From the NCBI RefSeq assembly GCF_006345805.1, contig NC_042997.1, positions 9,114,001 through 9,178,000 of the forward strand: 64,000 bases of DNA, in the 5' to 3' direction. The notes under the pieces were generated by a model. It had not been told where the DNA came from and searched no databases. It saw only the letters and a list, made by a program, of their open reading frames with translations. Positions 24,898 to 37,958 of the stretch are shown one piece after another (position 1 is the stretch's first letter; every line of letters starts with the position of its first letter). Source of the DNA: Octopus sinensis (Eukaryota). Position numbers and translations under genes: made by a program.

Positions 24898-25118
24898 CTC
24901 TTTTGTTACCATATTTTGGTCAACATATGTTGCCTTTACTTCAATTAACTTTTGAAACAATGAGGTATTTCATAAAATAACTTTCTCATTATTAAGCTGG
25001 AGGTTTGGAGCAAGTTAGCATAAAATGTTGATGGAAAATTGTAATTTAGACCACTTTAGAACCATAAGGTTCTGTCATAGACCCTGGGGCAGTCTCAGGT
25101 GGTTTGGTATCAGAAGGG
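24898..25118. mobile_element. piggyBac-like MITE (221 bp), related to 5917-6140 in opposite orientation
   Basis: TTAA at 24894-24897 and 25119-25122; right end GGTATCAGAAGGG. Confidence 0.75.
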
Positions 25119-25272
25119 TTAAAGACCATATTTCCTACTACACATCGTATTTAATTTACTTATTTAATTAAAATTTAGTGTTTGGCTCCCCTGCTTTTAT
25201 TTTTAGCAGAATTAGGTATTCCTTTTATCATTAAGGGTGTGATCTAATTAATAAATATTTTTTGCCTTATTA

Positions 25273-25801
25273 TTGGGTTGTCTGGAAAGTTCGTGCCGAT
25301 TTATCGTAGCTTACCTTTTGACTTATTTTAGAAATTTGACTACAACTCCATTTAGAGCACAGTTTAAGCTATCTTTTCATGGAAGAAGGTTTATGTTCCT
25401 ATAACCTGTGTTAACTCTGTAACCCTTTAAAATGGAAGATAAGAAAGTTCATTTTCAGCTCTTGATGCTTTGGGAACCAAACAAAAATCTCTGCAGCTCA
25501 GCTGGGATGTGTTATCCCACTCTCCATATTCACCAGATATTACTCCTTCAGATTTCCACTTATTCAGATCTCTGCAGAATAGTCTTAATGGTAAAAATTT
25601 CAATTCCTTGGATGATATAAAAAGATACCTTGATGAATTTTTCGCCATGAAACCACCTCAATTCTGGGAAGAGAGTATTTTCAAGTTAAAGGAAAGATGG
25701 AGATGTATTGTGCAACAAAATGGTTCATGTTTAGTTGATTAAAAATATAATGGCAAGTATTTATTGACTTTTTCTTTCCTTTAAAAATCAGACAACCCAA
25801 A
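25273..25801 (+). mobile_element. Internally deleted mariner (mellifera-like)
   Basis: TIR TTGGGTTGTCTGGAAAGTTCGTGCCGATT after TA; N-terminus MEDKKVHFQLLMLW joined to the C-terminal SPYSPDITPSDFHLFRSLQNSLNGKNF..; right TIR AGACAACCCAA partly deleted. Confidence 0.92.
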
Positions 25802-26879
25802 TACATCAAGTAAGCTAGCATCCTCTTAACATTTTTCTTGTACTAATTCCCTTATACAATATCAGCAAATGCAATGATGTTTATACTTCTCTGGAGATAG
25901 ATAAAATAAGGCCAAAACATGACCAGAGATGTCTTACATAATTTCATGAAGAATTGAAACAACATTGGTAAATAACTAATATTTATTTTCTGCAGACCAT
26001 ATGATGAATTCTGGTTATAATTTTTTTATTTCTTATTTCTTTTTGTTCATCCTGCTTTAAAAATGTTAACACTAACTTAACCACTGAAAGTTATGTTTAC
26101 ATTGAAAGGAAATGAGCTTCAAAATAAAAAAAAAGAAAGAAGAAAAATTACAGTTGGTCAGATCATTTTTATTGCTGCACCACATTAGAGTAACTTCAAA
26201 TTTGGTATGACCTCAAATTTGGCGTAACCACAAATTCTGTATTCTATTTCCTTTCTCTCTTCCTTTCACTCCTTCCTTCTACAACCTCGCTTGCATATGC
26301 ATACAGAATATATGCATATTTTATATTCATCTTCCTCCACTTTCCTCTCTCTTTCACAGATTCATATTACTTGCCATCTCTCTCTCTCCTCTTCCTCTCC
26401 ATCTCTCATTCCAAGTTTTGGTGTCTACTACTCCTTCCTATCACTTAAAGATACACCTATACACACGTCAATATACTCTACGCATTGGTATTTTCTGTTG
26501 ATCTATTTTTCCTTTTCTATTTCTATCTTTTGAGTTTTCCTAGCACAGGTATAAATTTCAAGTTACAAGCTTTATTAGACCCTCATTTTCCCCATTTCTC
26601 TATTGCAGCACCCTTGATTTGTTAACTTTCAAAAGAAATACCTACATACATACATACATACATATATACCTACAAATATATCCATACGCACAAGCATATG
26701 CACACACATGCACGTACACACACACATAGTGAAGCTATAGTTATAATACATAAGCAACAAAGTGGTAAGTTCACATTTAAAAACTAGACTTTGGCTACAT
26801 TGATGAAAAGTATTGACTAATGAAGTTATTGAACGAAAATCTCAAGTATAGAAAAACAAAACTCAAAAGCAAACCTTAA

Positions 26880-26979
26880 CACGACAATAATGATGATGAT
26901 GATGATGATGATGATGACGATAGTGATAAAAATAATAATAATAATAATAATGATAATAATAATAATAATAACGATGATG

Positions 26980-27025
<46 letters not shown>

Positions 27026-27060
27026 CAACAACAACAATAATAATAATAATAATAAAAATT
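26880..27060. repeat. (GAT)n/(AAT)n/(AAC)n microsatellite
   Basis: Seen directly. Confidence 0.95.
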
Positions 27061-27374
27061 TCAAGCAATAACTAAAGCAGGGTTAAAGATCTACCAAAGA
27101 TGATTTCAAAAGAGAATATCTTCCTTCATTTGAATTTCTTGAGCTTCATGCTCATACAAGCAGAAATAAAATTGTTCTTATTACAAAGTAATTTCAAAAA
27201 TAGTGTTTTTCTTCTTTTCTTTTTCTTTAAATGGATTTAACTATTGAGCAGGCTACTTAATAATTTTATCACTGCTCAACTACAAAAGTGCCAGACCTGT
27301 GATAAAATAACCAATATTTTTATTTCGTTGGTGTCGTTCATAAATTACTAGGCCATTATTTCTAATTTTGTAGA

Positions 27375-27376
27375 AA

Positions 27377-27419
<43 letters not shown>

Positions 27420-27464
27420 ATATATATATATATTGTATATATATATATGTATATATATATATAT

Positions 27465-27507
<43 letters not shown>

Positions 27508-28039
27508 CATAGGTAGATAGATAGATAGATAGAGAGACAGAGAGAGACAGAGAGAGATAGTATACATACATTCATTACATTCTTACACATGTGTGTCTGT
27601 GTATATATGTATGCATGTAGATAGGTAGGTAGGTATATTGCTTCGTGGGTAGCAGGTTAGGTGGATTTTTCTTTTTATTTTGTTTTATATTTGCAAGTTA
27701 TAGATAAAAGATAGCTGATTTCCTTTGAACATGAATTTATATATATGTATGAATGTACAAATGTATACATATATGTATAAATTTATGGATGCTTATATAT
27801 ACGGGTTACATATTTTGCTGCATTCATGTCTATATATGTGAGTATATACATACATACATACATATATTAGTCTTTACGTATAAAATATATATGCATACAC
27901 ACATACAAAAATACACACTAATATTGCTGAGACATGTAGATTGTTACTGGAGAAATATAAGAAAAACACAGAAATAGTAAGGTATGTCTGTCTGTATAAC
28001 ATATATGCATACACACACATATCTATATATGTGTGTATA

Positions 28040-28083
<44 letters not shown>

Positions 28084-28113
28084 CTCAAGTTTCAGCTCAG
28101 AGCTGTGGCCATG

Positions 28114-28192
<79 letters not shown>

Positions 28193-28200
28193 GTATATAT
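27375..28200. repeat. Cluster of (TA)n, (TAGA)n and (GA)n microsatellites
   Basis: Seen directly at 27378-27560 and 28043-28195. Confidence 0.9.
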
Positions 28201-28767
28201 ACCTAAACAAATGTATATACATAAGTACATATATAGATGCTTAAATATATGCAAATATGAGCATACATATACACATATATACACACTCACCTTAGCTTCC
28301 CTACTTTTGCTATCACCAACAACAATTTCTCATCTTCCACCTCGGATGCTCCTTCCCTTGGCTCAGTCATGTTTGCGTAACTACACCACAGTCTACCTTT
28401 CCACACTGCACCCAGCTGTAACATATCACGCTTACACACGTATCACACAGACCATGTACACTAATCCTATATATCTAAATGCCTCTCAGTCAGAAGGAAA
28501 TTGAAATTCTCAGACATGTGAAACAGCCAACAATGCTGTCTAAATATCCATACAGACTGAAGATATCACTCATGCACATACACATGCAAGCACAAGCAAG
28601 AGTAGTATGTCCTCTTACTTCTCACCCGCACACACATTGAGGAAAATATCCTATCATTTTATACCAAGACACACAGCTTCACCAAATCTATCCCACACAC
28701 ATGTATTTCATCACAGTTTAACACATCGCTTACACATATGCATTACCATCATTATACACAAATACAC

Positions 28768-29165
28768 CTCATCATCATCATCATCATCATCATCATCTCT
28801 TACCGTCATTATTCCATGCTGGCATGGGTTGGACAGTTTGACCGGAGCTGACCAGCTGAAGAGCTTTTTCAGTCTTCATGTCTGTTTTGGCATGGTTCCT
28901 ATCACTGGATGCCCTTCCTAATGCCAACCACTTTACAGGGTGTACTGGGTGATTTTTACGCAACACTGACATGCATGCATTTACATGGCACCAGTACAGG
29001 TGCTTTTTACATGGCACCAGTGTGGGTGCTTTTTACATGGCACCAGCATCCATGAGCCAGCAAGATTAAGAACACTCAGCTGGAGTGGGATGCAGGAGTG
29101 GAGCCTGTATGAAAGAGCAACCACACTTTTACTCAGCATGAGGTGTCTTTTCAAGCACAGCAATC
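28768..29165 (-). mobile_element. RTE 3'UTR copy (R)
   Basis: (TCA)n tail; CCATGCTGGCATGGG; three ~24-bp GCTTTTTACATGGCACCAG units; GCTGTGCTTGAAAAGAC on the minus strand. Confidence 0.8.
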
Positions 29166-29249
29166 CTGTATATTCTTATTACCACAAACTTATTACATCA
29201 CACATACACATAAGCATAACTATTAGCTTTTCACATGGATGGATGGAAG

Positions 29250-29590
29250 CACTCCATCGGTTACGACAACGAGGGTTCCGGTTGATCCGAATCAACAGAA
29301 CAGCCTGCTCGTGAAATTAACGTGTAAGTGGCTGAGCACTCCACAGACACGTGTACCCTTAACATAGTTCTCGGGGATATTCAGTGTGACACAGAGAGTG
29401 ACAAGGCCGGCCCTTTGAAATACAGGTACAACAGAAACAGGAAGTAAGAGTGAGAGAAAGTTGTGGTGAAAGAGTACAGCAGGGATCACCACCATCCCCT
29501 GCTGGAGCCTCGTGGAGCTTTGGGTGTTTTCGCTCAATAAACACTCACAACGCCCGGTCTGGGAATAGAAACCACAATCCTATGACCGCA
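29250..29590 (-). mobile_element. SINE head C with tail T1
   Basis: 29440-29590 matches the body of 2640-2942; 29250-29430 matches the tail of 20902-21080. Confidence 0.85.
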
Positions 29591-29839
29591 TATGTATGTG
29601 TAACACAAATACATAAAGACACTGATGAAAGATGACAGAAAATATATAAAGCCGGATGGTTTGAGTGGATAAGTTTATGGTCCATACCCTCAGCAGAAGT
29701 TAAGTACCTTGTAGACAGACAGATGTTTAATATGGCTGTCCTCATTACAAAGAAGCATTAGTGAGGAACAGATTCACTGTGAAGCTAATATAGAGGTCCC
29801 CACCCCCAAACCTGAAGAGAACCAGAAAGTGAAAGATAA

Positions 29840-30400
29840 TTTGTCTCAATCTTCTTTTTGGGCTCAGAAGTTTCATTCAACAGAACTAGGAGCTTCCTGA
29901 CATTGCTGAAGGAGCATTTTCCTTGAAGCCGTAATTACTATAAGCTTTTCAACACTCCAAAATTAAAGGTTAGTTAATCCTGCTTAGACAACATCAATTC
30001 TAATATCACTCACTATAATACAAGCAAACACACACCAACATATCCTCCAACCCCAACCTGTAACTGAAATTCTACCTCTTTCCCTCTGGGAGGATGCTGC
30101 CTCTCAAGAACTCTTGTCTATAAAGCTACCCTCACACCATCTGTGGCATCACAAGGGACTACAAGGGTATGATTGCCAAAAACTTCAATGGTAAGTATAC
30201 ACAGTATGTGCATTCCTTCAGATGTTGGCTAATCTGGATGTTTCATGATCATTGGAATGATTCCTCCGAACATTAATTGGAGTATCACTAAAAGGGCCCC
30301 ACCTTACTCACCTGGAGTTCATAATTGCCATCCCTGCATCTGTGAAGGGCTGCGCATTCTCCACTAAACTGTAGTATCCATCAACAGGAAAAACGATGTC
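29840..30400 (+). mobile_element. Penelope-like element remnant (linker and GIY-YIG endonuclease)
   Basis: FLTLLKEHFP*..YKLFNTPKLKVS*SCLDN; PLGGCCLSRTLVYKAT..YKGM..FNGKYTQYVHSFR; NINWSITKRAPPY..CHPCICEGLRIL. Confidence 0.8.
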
Positions 30401-31084
30401 TTGCAGTTGTTACCAGAAGTTCACCCTCCTGGTGCACTTCAAACCAATAATCCAGATACACCACCCAAGGCATAGCACCCTGTACACAAGGGCAGAGAAC
30501 TTAATCTCTGCTACCCACATAGACTGCAGACTTAGCTATCCAGACCTTCCATTTTAATGTATTTTCTACTGAATGCATTGAGTGCCACTTTCTTTTGTTT
30601 GTTCACTCACACATACAACACACACACACATAAAGTGAGACCCATGCAAGCCCCTCCTCTCTCCCCCACGTGCCTGTCCACACTCTATCCTCATACTCTC
30701 CACACCTCTCATTTCCCCCATACTGCCCCAAGCCATTCCACTTTCTCTCACAATCACTTCCTAGGGTAACCACTTCCCCATTTCCAAACATCCCCCACCA
30801 CTCTTATGAAACACCCCCTCTGTACCAGTTATATTCCATCCCCACTGTTCTCTGTGAATAGGTCCTGATGCATCTGCAACAGAAACCATTTCTCTCTCTC
30901 TCCCTCTGACTGTCTCTATCTTTCTCTCTAATTCTATCTCTCCTTCTCCTTGTTTCTTTTCCTACTGAGGTAGCCAAGTATCTCTTCTGTAGTAAGACAT
31001 CCTCCATCGCTCCTCACCTGGCACAAAGCTACTTCCCTTGGATCACTCTTTCCCAGCCAAGAGGTCTTTTTTTTGAAAGTTACT

Positions 31085-31295
31085 TGGCAACCCAACTGGT
31101 ATTGGTGCCACATAAGAAACCACTCAGTACACTCTATAAAGGGGTCGGCATTATGAAGTGCATCCATCCGTAGAAGCCATACCAAAGCAGACAATGGAAT
31201 CTGGCACAGGCCTTCAGCTTGCCAGCTCCTATCAAACCATCTAACCCATGCCAGTATGGGAGACAGATTTTAAATGATGATGATGGTGATGATGA
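31085..31295 (+). mobile_element. Older RTE 3'UTR copy (R)
   Basis: CATCTAACCCATGCCAGTATGG..TTAAA(TGA)n. Confidence 0.7.
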
Positions 31296-31619
31296 TAGCA
31301 GGGGGGATGGGGGAGTGCTGCCGTGGTTGTCGTGGTTGTTGTTGTTGTTGCTGTTTTTGTTGTTACAGTACAGAGATTACTCTGTTACTGTTCAAAGGTT
31401 GGCATATGTAGCTAGTCACTTAATTGCTTTACGATGTATGAAACATGACATTTATGAAGCAAAATATCTGCATGCGATCAGTCAGAGAACTGCAAAATAC
31501 CAATTGTTAAAGTAATATAAAATTATGGCTATATAAAAAAAAAAAATATTCCAGCTATAGCAGCAGCAGTATCAGCAACAAGATAAGTATTACTTAACGA
31601 CCATTTTTCTCTATGAGTT

Positions 31620-32010
31620 GCCCAGCCATACAATCTCTTTGGTTGTCATCTCATTCAGGAGTTTTAACCTCCTAAGAGAAGCCAAAAGCATTTCTGCAAA
31701 TATATTCCCTTGTTTTTCTCTTCCACAAATTTATTCAATTTAGATTGCTGCTTATTCCAATTCCCACCTGCTATCTTCTATGTACTGCACATATTCTTAC
31801 CTGACCAGTGATCTCCCAAGGACATTACATCGGATTCCTCTTATATCCAGTTGATAGGTAATTACCTGCACACTGAATTCTTTACTGAACTTATTGTTAA
31901 AGCTCGTCTTGTTCATTGTATTTTGCTACATGGTTTGCGTAGCTATTACAAGCTAATAAAACTACAATCTATTTTCCTTGTGTCCTACTCACTTCATAGT
32001 GTGGTCATCT
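31620..32010 (-). mobile_element. Possible very old LINE RT remnant (L1/Tx1-like)
   Basis: Minus frame LLVDD..MNKTS.. then INW..SLG..NWN loosely fits the YADD..IN.KS..W..LG..NW spacing; heavily interrupted. Confidence 0.25.
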
Positions 32011-32232
32011 ACCAAAAGTCTTCAGTAGGTCAATGAGTACTGGCTGTAGTAGTTTAATTTTGCTACGAAATTCTCCTGGAGATGGGAAGGCTAATAGGTT
32101 GGAGTGTATCTGTGATAAGTCTTGCAATTTTCTTTGCGGAAGCTACTGAGAGAGAGAAAGAGAGAGAGAAATGTTTCTCTGTCTCTCTCTTTGATTCTGT
32201 GTGTGTGTGTATATACATACATACATGCATAT

Positions 32233-32267
<35 letters not shown>

Positions 32268-32268
<1 letters not shown>

Positions 32269-32430
32269 GAGCATGGCTGTGTGGTTAGGGAGCTTGCTTC
32301 CTAGCTACATGGTTTCGGGTTCAGTCCCACTGCGTGGCACTTTGGGTAGGTGTCTTCCACTATAGCCCCGAGCCGACCGGAGCTTTCTGATTGAATTCGG
32401 TATGTGGAAGTTACTGCCTTGTGTGTATGT
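32268..32430 (+). mobile_element. SINE B-like subfamily (B'), partial; second fragment at 46395-46495 (minus)
   Basis: B head with diagnostic CTTTGGGTAGGTGTCTTCC..GGAGCTTT.TGATTGAATTCGGTA..GGAAGT shared by both fragments. Confidence 0.7.
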
Positions 32431-32769
32431 GTGCGTATAGCTGCTCAATGCCTCTCCGAAAGAGAGAGAGAGGGAAATATATATCTACATATATATGCAT
32501 ATATATATATACATACATATACACACACACACACATGCGCGCGCACACACACACACACACATATATACATGAATATATGGGTAACAGAGAGAATGAGAGA
32601 GAGAGAAAACAGAAAGTAAGGTGAAAGAAGGATGTTTATTCTGTTTGTTTGTATTTAGTAGGGATTCAAAGAATTAAACAGATTTTCATATTAAACTATT
32701 TAAACTATCTGCTAAACGCTGCCTGACTAACAAAAATGACTGTGGTTGAGGTTAGGATAAAGCTTCATG

Positions 32770-33032
32770 TGGGTTCTCGAGGTGGTCATTAAGCTTTGCA
32801 GTAATTTTAGGAGCTCAACTTTTGTGATCCTTTCTAACAATTCACATAAGAGTTTGATGGTCTCTATCTGAAAGTTTTGGTTTTCTTCCAGAGTTTTGTT
32901 TCAACAAGGAAGTTTTTCTCACTTTTTCAAAGGCTGCCATTACTTTCGAGACAGTACTTCTTGATGCACCAAACATTTCAGCTGTTTTCATTATGCTAGC
33001 ACCTGCCATAGGAGCACCAACAATTTGACCTC
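32770..33032 (-). mobile_element. Tc1-family transposase N-terminal (DNA-binding) fragment
   Basis: RGQIVGAPMAGASIMKTAEMFGASRSTVSKVMAAFEK..NSGRKPKLSDRDHQTLM*IVRKDHKS*APKITAKLNDHLENP. Confidence 0.85.
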
Positions 33033-33033
33033 A

Positions 33034-33540
33034 GGCCCTGAATGCAGAGGACATGCAAAGGTTAGAGAGGACTGAGGCTAGTATGCATTGCTGGATGTGT
33101 GGTGTAAGTGTATATGTTTGACAGTGTACTAGTGTACTGAGAGAGATGTTAGGCAAAAGAGTAATTAGATGTATTATGCTAGAGAGAAGACTGCACTGGT
33201 TAGGTCATGTGATGTGAATTTATGCTGAAAGCTCCATAAAGAAGTGCTGATCTCTTAAAGTAGATGGAACACGTGGAAGAGGGAGACCCAGGAAGAAATG
33301 GGACAAAGTGTTGAAGGATGACCTCAGGGTGCCAAACTTTGCAGATGAGATGACAAAGGGCCAAGATGCCAAGCACCTTGCTGTACTCAAGAAGACCAGT
33401 ACTCCACAGTGGAAGCATTAAGGTCACTACACCTGGTGAAGAAGATTGGCCTGCAAAAGTCCTGTGCTGATGCCACATAAAAACATTCATGCCAGTACCA
33501 CACACAAGTGCTTGTAGAGTGCCTTGTAAAAACATATTGT
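33034..33540 (+). mobile_element. Decayed RTE 3' fragment
   Basis: ALNAEDMQRLERTEASM..ERRLHWLGHVM.., homologous to 22160-22560. Confidence 0.8.
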
Positions 33541-34475
33541 GCTTCTTAAATTAATGCATGTGCAGAATAACATATATCTGTATTCATTGAACAATGTGAG
33601 TATAAATACTTTGAGTGCTACACTGAGGCTTGCAATCTCATATTATTCTCTATGCCTTTGTGTCTCCACTTTTCTTGAAGAACTTTGGACAAAACATAGT
33701 TTATAACTAAAAATCGGGGGTGGCTGTTAGGAAATGTGAGATTAACAGTTATAGATACATTTGATTCATTTGGCATTGGGAGGAGTGATGCATGATCAAA
33801 GAAAAATATTCGGTAGAGGGATAAGAGGAAAGATGAGATGGGAAGCAATTCGAAGATGAATATGTCAAAAGGAAAGTACTTTCATTTTTATTTGACAATA
33901 GTGATGCAGGAAAGAGAAAGTGGAATATGAAGGGAAAATATTAGTTAAAATGATGAGACAAGAAGAGTGTATGATGAAATAAAGCAATGAAGTGTCCAAA
34001 GCAAAGTACTTACAAGTGCCTGTGCATTGTGCATTTACATGGTTTTATTCCAGTAAAAATAGCTCTTTACAGCAATAAAATAGGTGATTGTCAAAGTGTT
34101 TCCATTTCACTGCAAATAGAGGCTCTGTATTTTATTCATTCAGAAAGTAAAGCTGGCCCCAGCAAGATTTGAACTCAGAAGATCTGTAACTAAACTATAG
34201 ACGGTATTTTGTCAAACACTTTGACAACAAGAGCTGCACTGAATTCAAAAAAACAATGACAGTAACAATTGGGAAACATATATAGGTGTTGTAGATTTCA
34301 AAGTGGGCACTGGCTTCAATGGACATTAAAGAGATACTGAAGCTCATCTGAAACCATCATAAAAAAAACATGTAACTGTGTATCTAGGATAATGGAATTC
34401 TAGTTTGCTTGAAGAATTGGAGAAGACTGGTGATACACTAGAACAGCATACGGTGTTTGCTGTTGTAATTTTCAG

Positions 34476-34520
34476 AAATTAGGGAGCCTCTACAGGGTCA
34501 ATTGACCCACTATAATAGCT
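34476..34520 (+). CDS. Candidate 45-nt symmetric (phase 1-1) exon of an unidentified host gene
   Basis: TGTTGTAATTTTCAG acceptor and GTAAGT donor; one open frame, xIREPLQGQLTHYNS; no homology recognised. Confidence 0.3.
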
Positions 34521-35154
34521 GTAAGTTCTCCCTCAAATAACATATAGTGTTACATAGTTAAAGTGAAAGACAAAATAGTCTTGGCTGGAGAGCCTTTGCT
34601 CACAAGCTTCAATTGACTTCTTTGTTTTCAAACAAAATAACTTAGTTTCATAATAATGGTAATTCAAAAGGGTTGAAAAATAAATAAAGAAATTTGTTAA
34701 GTAATTTTTTAGCTGTATTATCTTTATTTATCTTTATTTCATAGTTCATCTTTAAATGAATTCATTTGTTTGGTTTTTTTGAGTCAACGAGAACAATTGT
34801 TGCTAACACAAGATTTCTTTAATAAACATAATTGTAATATATTGTCATTGTAAATGAAAAAGAAGGAAGCAGTGCTATTGTCTACAGAGTAAATAATTTA
34901 ATTATTTTGATGAGAATAAGCAGATTCAATGGATAACAACGTCCTGAAAATATTTTGCATCATTAGAAAAACAATATATGTATAGATAGATAGATATAGA
35001 TATACCCATACATACATACATATATATATATGTATACATATATACACACATACATACACATGCAAACACACACACACACACATGCACGCGCAAACACACA
35101 CGCACACACACACACGCACGCACAAACACACACACACATACACACACACACACA

Positions 35155-35213
<59 letters not shown>

Positions 35214-35387
35214 CAGCAGATGATATAATTCTTTGTACTAATCTTAGCAGTCTGGAAAGATTTTCAAACTTGAATTGTTTTTTATAGTTGTTTGTTTTTA
35301 GTGTTGTTGCTTGGAAGTGTTGTTAGTGTCAGTTAAATCACAAAAGACCAAATATTGTTGTTGTTGTTGTTGTTGTTGTCGTCGTCG

Positions 35388-35418
<31 letters not shown>

Positions 35419-37339
35419 TATTATTATCATTATCATTTATTTTTATTTTTCTGAGATGGTAACCTTCTAAGTTTCAAAATAGTTTTAGGAAAATCTAATA
35501 AAGATTCAAAATCTTATTTGTCTTAATTTTCTTCCAATATTTTAAAATAATGTGTGTGTAAGCAAGGTAGGAGTCTAAAAAAATAGTTATCTCATGACTT
35601 TAGAGAACATTCATATAGAAGTAAAGAATAGGATTTGGTCTTGTTAAATGGTTTTGGGTGAATAATTCTTCAGTGAGAATTATTTTCATATTATAAATGA
35701 TACATAGAAATATTGTTGATATATCATATTAATCAATAAAGAGACAAAAAATCCTTTGTTCTTTTAATATAAACATTTATTCAAAGGTGTTTATAAACGG
35801 ATTAATTTCAGCTTTGATAGACCAATTGGTAAATGTTTGATGGATCAATGAATACTTCAATACAGCTTATACTAAATTTCTATTCAACACATTATTATTT
35901 CCAATACAATACCTCAGAAGTCTGTTTGCTATCCACTTCAGAATATTGAAATATTAACCAAAAGATTCCTTGTTCAAAACCCACAACTAGTGACTTTATT
36001 TCATGCAAATAGCTATACATAACTTTTATTAACTTGGCTAAATAAATTAATGGAAGTTTTTCTTACTTCATGGTCACTTCATACGTATAAATAAAGAGGT
36101 TTGTAAACATTCAATTAATTATTGGACCACTGCCAAAACACTTTCTTTCTCTTTAAGTGTATCAGGAACAAGTCAACTTGTGGTTTATTCACAATTTATA
36201 GAAATCATTGGTTTGAAAATTGATAGGATTGTGTTGGCAGAACCAGGAATCAAATCTAGTTTGCAGTTTTGATGTGTATTCACACAATTCATTATTGCTT
36301 GTACAGATAGATAAAACACAATTAAAGTATACACAACACAACTTTGTAAAGAAAAAAACCACAAAAGAATTTAAATAAAACATGTAAATCTCAACAAAGT
36401 AAAACTTTTTACAAGAGCACATAAATGAAAAACTGGCCCATCCCAAATATAATTTACATTGTGAAGATAGACAAGTATTTCAATGGAAATATACTTCCCA
36501 ATTCAAGAATTCTTTATTTTTTTTTAACAACATGTATTAGTCTTTATTTGTTAGTTTGATTAAGAACAGCCGTTTCAACCGATTCCTGATGAGGGATTGG
36601 ATTATATAATTAATGATCCATGTCATTGCTTCATGTTTAGCTGTAAAACATGGAGAAAAATAGAGAGTGTGTCTGTCCCAATGAGTCAAAGAGAGAGAGA
36701 GAGAAAGAGAAGAAATATAAAGACTATTAAATACATAGGAAAAAGAAAAGTTAGCTTTGCATAGGTAGGAAGAAGAGAGATGACTTTTGATGGTAAGCAA
36801 TCAAGTACAATGTTTAGGGGAAAAGAGAGAGATTAAATTGAGATAGAACAGGTAAAGAAAAAAGGCTGCATTTGCAGATGGGTGCAGTGGTTATTGATAT
36901 GTCAACAATAGCATTGCATGTCCTTTACTCAACCTTCCTTCATTATTTTGTCAATCTCAAAACTCTCATAATGTCTTTCCAGTTTCTCTCTTATTACCCT
37001 TTCCCTAATATTGTCCTTCTTAGTTTTTTGCTTACCATCCTCTTTCAACAATAAACCTGTCCAAATCCACCATAAACTATCATGTACCCTCATAAATCAT
37101 CCATCTCATTCTGCCAAACAGATAGACTGACCAATTTCTTCACTTGTTCTATTCAATCAACACTCCCATTATACTCATCATTACCACTTAAGTACCCCTC
37201 TCATATAACTCTTCCCCTCTCCTCTCATTCCAATATTCTCACCTCAACAATGTTCTTCCTGTTATTCTGTCTATTACCATAAGCTCATAATAAGTCTGTT
37301 CCATCCATCATAAAGGCTCTCTTTCGTTAAGCAAGCTAC

Positions 37340-37856
37340 AAGGTAACCCCAGTAATACTAATGTCACAAAAAAAGAATTCTGTGAATGATTGGTCATGGA
37401 TTTCACCAATTACAGCTTGAAACCAAAGATGGATTTCTAATCTTGGTGATGTCAAAGCAACCTCTATAATGCTAGGGCTATGGAAAATGCACCAGCCACA
37501 ATTTGTAAAGCAGTTGTTTTTAGGAAAAGCATCTGGCTGATGCAACCATGACAAAAATAAGCCAGTGGGACTAAACGTGATCCTCCAGCCTGTGAATCCT
37601 TTCAAACTGTCCTTTGCATATATCTATCATCATCATCATCATCATTTAATGTCCATTTTCAATGCTGGCATGGGCGAAATTCGTGTCGTTACGTTCCGAG
37701 TTCAAATTCCGCTGAGGTCGACTTTGCCTTTCATCCTTTCGGGGTCGATAAATTAAGTACCAGTTACGCACTGGGGTCGATGTAGTCGACTTAATCCCTT
37801 TGTCTGTCTTTGTTTGTCCCCTCTGTGTTTAGCCCCTTGTGGGTAGTAAAGAAATA
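37340..37856. mobile_element. Old R copy (minus, 37340-37665) abutting a 5'-truncated SINE A1 (plus, 37676-37856)
   Basis: (CAT)n TTTAATGTCC..GCATGGG followed by the A box B, core and A1 tail. Confidence 0.7.
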
Positions 37857-37922
37857 TATATATATTATATATATTACACACACACACACATATATATGTA
37901 TATGTATATGTATGTATGTATG

Positions 37923-37954
<32 letters not shown>

Positions 37955-37958
37955 TGTA

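Noticed and set aside
36166-36268. Possible terminal exon xTSQLVVYSQFIEIIGLKIDRIVLAEPGIKSSLQF*
   Set aside because: The acceptor is fair, but joining it to the 34476 exon creates an immediate TGA, and there is no homology.
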